Positions 28,296 through 34,294 of a stretch of DNA of 34,294 nt are shown here, one piece after another. Under the pieces are notes generated by a model. That model was not told the DNA's origin. It saw nothing but the letters and a program-made list of their open reading frames with translations, and did not search any database. Position 1 is the first letter of the stretch. Each line of letters opens with the position of its first letter. Made by a program: the position numbers and the translations under genes. The DNA is from a virus (taxonomy: Duplodnaviria > Caudoviricetes), in IMG/VR virus record IMGVR_UViG_3300044580_000574, positions 1 through 34,294 of that record; one strand, written 5' to 3'.

Positions 28296-28645
28296 TTGTA
28301 TATATCTTCTCCTTGACCATCGAGATCAGGTGTACCCTAACCGTTATCAGTTACGCTTATCTTCGCTCTTAGCTGGTATTAAAAGCTATATGCTGAACTT
28401 TCCGTAGTCGTGCTGAGCGCTAGCGAAGCCCTCTGGAGACGGAGGAAAGTGATCGTCTCATCTCTAATGTATTAGTAGTGTTATACTATTGTGATTCGCC
28501 GTATATATAAGAGCGTGAAAACGAAAACAGCGTCAAGATACTTTTGAAAACTTTTACGAAAAGATTGTTCTTATGATGTCAGGTGATGTCGATTGAAAAT
28601 GGATTACTATAATTCAATGTATTTCTTGCGGATTAATAGTAATCG

Positions 28646-29218
28646 TTAATGAATTTCCGTTACCCCAAGATAACCTTGTATAGAATATCCACGCCAAATA
28701 TATTCCCCGGCATCCTCATATCCGATTATTATGAGTATAGGGGTATTATCAAGTACATTTCTTGGGATAGCACTATTTAGGTCCGCTACAAATCCATCAA
28801 GATATTCTTTATCACAGTAAGTCACTAAAACCTTTAAATTAGCTTTTAATGTAAGTAGATGGCAGATTTCTTGATATGCTCCATCAATTCCGAATGGCCT
28901 ATTTTCATGTTCAAAAGCTATTTGAAAGCTTGTTAGCCATATCCCTCCATCGGTCTTTGTCCAGGTTTTATTTTTTGGATTATTGATTACTAGATCTTCA
29001 TCAGAATAAAATATAGCATCCATTGAATAGTATTCATGGGATACATGTAAACCGAGCAATTTTGCTAATTGTGATGTAATCGAATTATCATTTTTTAAGA
29101 TCATATCAGTATATTCAGCAAAATCGCCGCCCCACTTATTTTTAAACTCTATTTTGTTCTGATTACATATTTTAACCCATGATTGATAAAAACCATTCTG
29201 AGATATGTTTCCCTTCAT
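28646..29218 (-). CDS. PD-(D/E)xK-like nuclease-fold protein
   Basis: EYYSMDAIF...IAFEHEN...QEICHL pattern; low GC. Confidence 0.55.
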   Translation of the reverse strand: MKGNISQNGFYQSWVKICNQNKIEFKNKWGGDFAEYTDMILKNDNSITSQLAKLLGLHVSHEYYSMDAIFYSDEDLVINNPKNKTWTKTDGGIWLTSFQIAFEHENRPFGIDGAYQEICHLLTLKANLKVLVTYCDKEYLDGFVADLNSAIPRNVLDNTPILIIIGYEDAGEYIWRGYSIQGYLGVTEIH

Positions 29219-29337
29219 TTCTTAACGCCTCCATGTCGTAAAAATAGCAGTATTCAGGTTTTCTATTCAAATTTTATCTATTCTCCATATTACCTTTTTT
29301 ACAGTGCTCTATACACGTCCCTTTGCAATTCTAATTC

Positions 29338-30096
29338 TCATTCATACTTAATAGTAATCGGTAATGTAATTGTACTTGGGATTCCTGCTTCAGCAAGGGA
29401 TATTTCTTTAAAAACATAAACTGAAGTTGAAGAGATGTTTTGAGCGGATGTTAAATTAGTTACATACCCCTGACTATATATTGAACTATATGAAGTAATC
29501 GAAGGGTCTGAAATAGCATTCCCATATATATCTGAATCACGGAATGTATAGTATTTTGATCCAATTCTGAAAACGTTGCTGGCTTTTATTGGTTGAGGGT
29601 ATTGGAAAAACATCACTCCTGATTGATTTAAATCAGTATAGTAACATATATAATCTAAAACAATACCATTCCAAAGTAGATTATAATAATACCCAGTTGG
29701 AGAGATCATTTGAAGCGAAAAGCCGCTTCCATAACAGTAACCTAACTCTACATTATTCGCATCATATGCTTTAGCCGTACCACCTAATGATCCACCGGCT
29801 GGGCCAACAGGACCTGCGGGGCCAGCAGGTCCAGCAGATCCTGAAAGGTCAATCTGTTTCCATGATGAGCCATTGGAATAGTAAAACTTGGCATCATTGA
29901 TGACATAATAAAGTTGTCCCTTATTATTCATAGATGCAGTTGGTAAATCATCGTATGATTCTATTACACGTGCTGATGTTGTACTGGATTGGTCTAAAAG
30001 AGGGTCATCGTTTGGATGTAAAAACGGAGTGCATGATATAAATATAAAGCTCAGCATTACAAATAATGTTAATTTTTGGTAAATACGCTTTTTCAT
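29338..30096 (-). CDS. Lipoprotein with a short collagen-like repeat
   Basis: Likely start MKKRIYQK at 30096 (GGAGA RBS); lipobox FIS-C; GSAGPAGPAGPVGPAG. Confidence 0.75.
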   Translation of the reverse strand: MKKRIYQKLTLFVMLSFIFISCTPFLHPNDDPLLDQSSTTSARVIESYDDLPTASMNNKGQLYYVINDAKFYYSNGSSWKQIDLSGSAGPAGPAGPVGPAGGSLGGTAKAYDANNVELGYCYGSGFSLQMISPTGYYYNLLWNGIVLDYICYYTDLNQSGVMFFQYPQPIKASNVFRIGSKYYTFRDSDIYGNAISDPSITSYSSIYSQGYVTNLTSAQNISSTSVYVFKEISLAEAGIPSTITLPITIKYE

Positions 30097-30155
30097 TTTT
30101 TCTCCAATTATTAAAAATAGTAACCAATGCAATATTTCATCCTAATTCGTTGTAC

Positions 30156-30911
30156 TTAATGAATGATCAATCTTGTTTCCTGTAAGAACCTAATAAATGA
30201 AGTCCCTAATACCTTTTCGATTACTTTATCATTCTCATTATTAAAGAGCCAGGCTTTATATAAATCGTCAGGACTAATCTCTACGTCAAAATCTATTCTT
30301 GACTCACGGACGACCTGTAAGTATCTATTTTTATTTACAAGCAATGAAAATGATCCTTGAAACAATTTCCCGTACAACCATATTGCACTATCTATATCAT
30401 CATAGGAGCATCCCGATGCTGTTTTTATATATTTAAGCTTTTCAAATAGGCTAATACTTTCATCATATACATAGATATGAAAATAATTGTTGATGTAATC
30501 TATATTTTTTATGAGATATGAATCATGAATAGGAAAAGCGTACGATGAAAGAAAGTAAAAATATTTTGATAAAATGGATGGAGCGTGGTTTTTTGAATTA
30601 CCTTTCTTATCTATTCCATATGTTCTTGAAAAAACTCGATCTATGTCTTGATCGCAATTCATCAAATAATTGGATATCTTAACCTTTACTAAGTCATCAT
30701 TGCCCAAGCTATTGATGGAATCTGCTAGGTCGTGAAACCCGAAAAACCTTTTTGACAAATTTGTCGAGTACAGATTATCGATGACTATGAGCCTAGTCTC
30801 AACATCTTGTGTGTTTTTAAAAAGGTTTGTTATTAAAGTTTTATTCTGTTGATACTCAGTATCGCCATAGAGTATTTCACAAGCCAGTCTGCAATACTCC
30901 TGAAAAAGCAT
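30156..30911 (-). CDS. Hypothetical protein, possible HhH DNA-glycosylase-like fold
   Basis: VIDNLYST...SILSKYFYF...FPIHDS...DIDSAIW pattern; low GC. Confidence 0.45.
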   Translation of the reverse strand: MLFQEYCRLACEILYGDTEYQQNKTLITNLFKNTQDVETRLIVIDNLYSTNLSKRFFGFHDLADSINSLGNDDLVKVKISNYLMNCDQDIDRVFSRTYGIDKKGNSKNHAPSILSKYFYFLSSYAFPIHDSYLIKNIDYINNYFHIYVYDESISLFEKLKYIKTASGCSYDDIDSAIWLYGKLFQGSFSLLVNKNRYLQVVRESRIDFDVEISPDDLYKAWLFNNENDKVIEKVLGTSFIRFLQETRLIIH

Positions 30912-30916
30912 CGTAA

Positions 30917-31477
30917 TTATTCCTCCTTGTTCAACTCATTGCTACTGGAAACCTCCTGATTTTCATTATACACCCAATTACTCATTTTCCCTTTAGCTCT
31001 ATCCCTGGCTTCTTTCATTACTTCTTTGATAAGCAATCTATGCACATCCCTTTCCTGGTCAGAAACCTTCTTCTGGTCGGTATAGGTGCCATCCATGCGG
31101 TTTAGCGTATCTACAGCCTTGATGATGTCCGAGAAGGTAGGTCCAGATTTGACTACTTCGACCAATTCACCTTCAGCGTTATACCGTTCAGTTTTCCTAG
31201 TCATCTTCTGGGTAATAAGCTCGATTAGTACGCTAGAACGGTGTTCCTTCCCCATCCCTCGTTCTTCCAGGATACGTTCTATCTCATTCCTGATACGATC
31301 TTGCCGCATAAGCTTGTATGACTGCTTATGAGCCGTTTCGTAGGTAACATCCATAGCTGATACCGCAGAACCTAGGGCATTACCGAAGTTAGGGGAATCA
31401 GGATCGGTTATCTCGACAACGAAGCGTGCTGCACGTTCATCAAAGTTGCCTTTACTGGCTTCATGTGTCGCTGACAC
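30917..31477 (-). CDS. terS: Terminase small subunit
   Basis: RFVVE...FGNALGSAVSA...ETAHKQSYKLM...IRNEIE HTH pattern and IKAVDTLNRMDG. Confidence 0.75.
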   Translation of the reverse strand: MSATHEASKGNFDERAARFVVEITDPDSPNFGNALGSAVSAMDVTYETAHKQSYKLMRQDRIRNEIERILEERGMGKEHRSSVLIELITQKMTRKTERYNAEGELVEVVKSGPTFSDIIKAVDTLNRMDGTYTDQKKVSDQERDVHRLLIKEVMKEARDRAKGKMSNWVYNENQEVSSSNELNKEE

Positions 31478-31701
31478 TATGCTTTCTCCTTTCCATCAAC
31501 TCTAACCCATTTCCCTGTTCTTCCATCAATGGAGACTTCAGCTTCTAGACCTCGGGCTTTCAACCACTCATATACAGCTTCGTTTATATAACCCGATATT
31601 GTACCGCCATTTTGTGCTACGTAGGATTCGAGAAGTTTATGATTTTTATTCGGGATTTTAAGGCCTACAAAGACCTTATCAGGAGAGACCTGCATCGCCA
31701 T
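31477..31701 (-). CDS. Ribbon-helix-helix-like DNA-binding protein
   Basis: VFVGLKIP strand, then two helices (HKLLESYVAQNG; ISGYINEAVYEWL); strong RBS AAGGAGG. Confidence 0.65.
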   Translation of the reverse strand: MAMQVSPDKVFVGLKIPNKNHKLLESYVAQNGGTISGYINEAVYEWLKARGLEAEVSIDGRTGKWVRVDGKEKA

Positions 31702-31715
31702 ATTATCCTCCTTTT

Positions 31716-31749
31716 GTTATATGATATTTCGTATAACGATATAAGTCAA
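31716..31749 (-). promoter_or_regulatory. Leftward sigma70 promoter with overlapping operator-like palindrome
   Basis: TTGACT (31749-31744), 17 bp, TATCAT (31726-31721); inverted repeat GTTATATGA/TCGTATAAC at 31716-31737. Confidence 0.65.
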
Positions 31750-31883
31750 GACCTTTTTTAGCCTCAGATAATTGCAGTGATCATTCTTATACGCGCATGT
31801 CCTTATGCCCTCCTCCCCCCTCTTTTTAGGCTTGCTCGCACAATTATCCCGATCCCTTATTTTTTTCATAAATAAAAAGTAGT

Positions 31884-31899
31884 AGCAAACAGAATGCCA
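31884..31899 (-). promoter_or_regulatory. sigma54-like -24/-12 site, leftward
   Basis: Minus strand reads TGGCATTCTGTTTGCT (GG-N10-GC). Confidence 0.5.
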
Positions 31900-31960
31900 A
31901 ATACTACAATTCTATTAAACGTTTAACGAAATAAATATACACGAAATATCAATAAACTTA

Positions 31961-31989
31961 TTGACAGTATTTTTTTTCAATGATAGGGT
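31961..31989 (+). promoter_or_regulatory. Rightward sigma70 promoter
   Basis: TTGACA (31961-31966), 17 bp, TAGGGT (31984-31989) with an extended -10 TG and an AT-rich upstream region. Confidence 0.6.
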
Positions 31990-32216
31990 AATATTATCGT
32001 TAAACGAAACAAAGTTAAACGAAGCAAGTTTCTTTTACAAGCCGTCACGTAAAGCCGTGACACGTAGCGGATAGTCTCGCAGTCTAGTACCGTGTGGCGA
32101 TTGTAGGAAGCCGGAACCGTAAAGCCGGGAAACCGTAGCCGAGGCGATGGAAACGCCATCGTACGCCATAGCACGCGAACGCTGAAAGCGAGACCCGATA
32201 CCACAAAGGAAGGGAA

Positions 32217-32743
32217 ATATATCGATTGCCTATATAATTGCCCTATAAATCCACACACTTGGGGAGATATATGGACAATATCGCAATGGAAAAACTCATA
32301 TCGGCAATCGTAGCGGAAACCGTAAAATCTATCGTTCCGGCGTTCATGGCTTCAGTGAATACAGGAAAGCCGGAAGCTGTCAGTCAAAATATCGTGGAGT
32401 ATGCGCCTTCTAAGATTCTATCTAATAGGAAAGCCGGAAGGCTTATAAAATCCGCAGGCAGTGATATAGAAGCCTTTACGATAGTTAAAAAGTACGTATT
32501 AGCACGGAAAGCCGGCAAGCTTCAGAAAGGACCATTTTTGACCTGCTATAGGCATATTTCCGATACTACCACGCTGGAGGAAGTCGCGAGATCCTCCACT
32601 ACGGCACTTCAGACCTTGCACAAGGAAGCGCAGAAAGTCCTTAACTATAGAGCTTAGTGGGCTTTGCTCACCGGGACGCTGTAAGCGTCCTAGTCTCGAC
32701 TTTTTTTTATCATATAGGGCAATTTTACAGGCAATCGATATAT
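32217..32743. repeat. 31-bp inverted repeat pair (32217-32247 and 32713-32743)
   Basis: ATATATCGATTGCCTATATAATTGCCCTATA vs the reverse complement of the right arm ATATATCGATTGCCTGTAAAATTGCCCTATA; 29/31 identical. Confidence 0.9.
32271..32657 (+). CDS. Orphan basic protein (128 aa)
   Basis: GGGGAG RBS at 32261-32266, ATG at 32271; two RKAG motifs; no family recognised. Confidence 0.7.
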   Translation: MDNIAMEKLISAIVAETVKSIVPAFMASVNTGKPEAVSQNIVEYAPSKILSNRKAGRLIKSAGSDIEAFTIVKKYVLARKAGKLQKGPFLTCYRHISDTTTLEEVARSSTTALQTLHKEAQKVLNYRA

Positions 32744-33340
32744 AGAAAGTACCATACATTTATGGATTTTCGGATTGTATCGCTATAAATCCCGCAATCA
32801 TGGCATGGATTATGCTTTATAGGACTGGCACGCCATCGGCACGCCCATAGTCTATAATTATCGGCATGTTTCTTGCTTATGGGGATATAGGTAGTGCTGT
32901 CACGATGCAATAGGGTAAGTGGGCTTTGCCCACTCGGGACGCTATAAGCGTCCTAGGCCTCTTCGTACCCGCAATAGGTTAGCGTCCTTGTCATGCGCGA
33001 TGAGCGTTGAGAGCTGTAGTATGGAAGTATAGGCCACTCGTTTCCGGTGGTTGCTAGGGGGTAGTGGGTTTTTCCCATCGCGGGACGTGCTATGCACGCC
33101 CGTAGTGGGCTTCCTGAGCCAGCGGGGCAGCCATTATATGGCGCTATGTAACTGGAATGGACCAGGCTACTTTTAGTCGGTCCACCTTATGCGAAGGCAT
33201 ATTGTAGGGAAAGTCCAGTCCTAGAGGATGCTGGAAGCGACGGCCTAGAACACCATACGAAGAGGGGAGTACCAAAGAGCCTAGTGGGTCGAATGGGCCA
33301 GAGGATGCCAAACATCACCGGGACGCTAGAATAGCGCCTG
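32655..33340 (+). repeat. Dispersed double-hairpin motif, four copies
   Basis: AGTGGG-loop-CYCAY followed by a CGGGACG stem-loop at 32655-32693, 32918-32956 and 33062-33105, with a split copy at 33282-33340. Confidence 0.8.
32801..32877 (+). promoter_or_regulatory. Three tandem sigma54-like -24/-12 sites
   Basis: TGGCATGGATTATGCT (32801), TGGCACGCCATCGGCA (32826, weakest), CGGCATGTTTCTTGCT (32862); all GG-N10-GC. Confidence 0.55.
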
Positions 33341-33445
33341 TCGTTAGGCCACGCATCGTTTCAATAGGTCAGCCGATCATCCAGGTAGGCTTGACCTTTG
33401 CTACAGCATAGGGTTGTCGCCCGGTTCAAGTCCGGGGCTGTAGTA
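32890..33445 (+). ncRNA. Candidate large structured non-coding RNA (class not recognised)
   Basis: GC-richer island with no ORF of 60 aa or more inside it, dense hairpins, long-range complements 32902-32908/33353-33359 and 32958-32967/33256-33265, and a tRNA-like 3' end. Ends approximate. Confidence 0.6.
33401..33444 (+). ncRNA. Minimal tRNA-like element (acceptor stem plus T arm, no D stem or anticodon arm)
   Basis: CTACAGC/GCTGTAG 7-bp stem, 12-nt linker ATAGGGTTGTCG, T arm CCCGG-TTCAAGT-CCGGG; no encoded CCA. Confidence 0.65.
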
Positions 33446-33544
33446 TAAATGATTCTAAGCTTTCAATACTTGATTTTAAGCTCCTTACCAATTTAACGAT
33501 CAGAATTTAGAACCGTTATTATAATTTTCCTCCCTGATTGATAA

Positions 33545-34294
33545 TCAGTCGGTAATACTAACACTAAAATACAATCGTACTTTTGTGCTATAGTTCTCAT
33601 CAGTAAGTGAGAAGTAGTAGTTGCCTGAATTTTGCGATGTGCAGTTGTCTTGCTCGAATATCCCCCAGTTTCCATCGTTCCATCTGAATCCTATTGCTGC
33701 TGCTCCTAAATTATCGTCATCTAGTACATCATCTTCGCCCATGCCTGTAACAATTCCAATTTTGCTATTCGCATATTTTTGCACCTGGACTTTTGTTGAG
33801 TAGTTCAAGTAATAGGTAGTATTCTCAGGTAATGAAATTATATTTCCGTTTTCCCATCCGGTAGTATAAATATTAATTAAATCAACACCATTCGTTGAGT
33901 ACGCAAAAGTGAATGCTAGTTCAGCATTCGAATCTAACTCATCACCTTTGTCAAGCAGATAGGCACTTATTAGTTTAATGTTAAAACTAGAGTACTTATT
34001 CTCAAATGTTGCAGAAATTGAGTGATCACTTGAAACATCATTAAACTGATAGCTTCCGATAGCCCCTTGGCTTATTCCATCCACAAGTACGTCAGAAATT
34101 ATGTAGCCAGTATTTGGGGTAATAGCAAAATTTTTATCTGATCCAGCATCAACAACTACTCCACCGGATGGGTTTATAGTACCTCCAGAACCAGATGTAG
34201 CTGTTATAGTATATTTTTTTATTGAGAAGTTAACAGCAATAGTATGATTGGAATTAATTGAATTAAATGTATAAGTATTTACTGTGTCTGGATC
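33545..34294 (-). CDS. Surface protein with InlB B-repeat-like domains (5' part outside the window)
   Basis: The frame stays open to the window edge: YTITATSGSGGTINPSG...AITPNTGYIISDVLVDG...DHSISATF, then an acidic C2-like C-terminus (EDDVLDDDNLG). Confidence 0.8.
   Translation of the reverse strand, partial: DPDTVNTYTFNSINSNHTIAVNFSIKKYTITATSGSGGTINPSGGVVVDAGSDKNFAITPNTGYIISDVLVDGISQGAIGSYQFNDVSSDHSISATFENKYSSFNIKLISAYLLDKGDELDSNAELAFTFAYSTNGVDLINIYTTGWENGNIISLPENTTYYLNYSTKVQVQKYANSKIGIVTGMGEDDVLDDDNLGAAAIGFRWNDGNWGIFEQDNCTSQNSGNYYFSLTDENYSTKVRLYFSVSITD

Larger units (their letters stand above)
1..33445. mobile_element. Temperate podovirus-like prophage (boundaries not determined)
   Basis: Integrase plus a co-oriented terminase-portal-scaffold-capsid-tail-lysis operon. 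No tape-measure or tail-sheath gene; ejection-type proteins present. No att core identified. Confidence 0.85.

Noticed and set aside
31806-31828. G-quadruplex or packaging signal in the C-rich tract
   Set aside because: It is a single short tract with no further support.
32673-32708. Intrinsic terminator after the orphan ORF
   Set aside because: The T8 run is about 9 nt from the strong hairpin, too far for a canonical terminator; possible but unsupported.
32713-32720. T7-like promoter (TATAGGG in both inverted-repeat arms)
   Set aside because: The upstream bases are not conserved between copies, and no phage RNA polymerase is encoded in the window.
33205-33250. RNase P RNA (GGGAAAGTCC resembles the conserved GAGGAAAGUCC)
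   Set aside because: The match is imperfect, and I found no convincing downstream P4 partner or other conserved regions.
32655-33340. CRISPR array
   Set aside because: The repeats are few, degenerate and irregularly spaced (about 140-260 bp), and no cas gene is present.
33434-33480. Full tRNA-Ala or tmRNA starting GGGGCTGTAG
   Set aside because: No usable D arm, anticodon arm or T arm follows, and these bases are better explained as the 3' strands of the mini-tRNA.

Overview
This window is a temperate, podovirus-like prophage segment, probably from a spirochaete host (inferred from the integrase N-terminus, a spirochaete-type lipobox and a spirochaete-like TonB domain). From the left it has a tyrosine integrase (+), then cargo genes: a secreted DNase I-like enzyme, a chimeric TonB-C protein, a small DUF2292-like ORF and a low-GC nuclease-like gene. 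A long minus-strand late operon follows, read right to left: RHH-like regulator, terS, three inserted low-GC genes, terL, portal, scaffold, major capsid, adaptor and tail-tube proteins, four ejection proteins, three tail-fibre proteins and a lysis cassette. No replication genes or CI-type repressor are visible. The most unusual part is 31.7-33.45 kb. It holds divergent promoters, four sigma54-like sites, a structured leader, an orphan ORF enclosed by a 31-bp inverted repeat, a repeated double-hairpin motif, and a roughly 550-nt structured non-coding region ending in a minimal tRNA-like element (acceptor stem plus T arm only). All calls come from reading the sequence by eye; no searches or folding programs were run.
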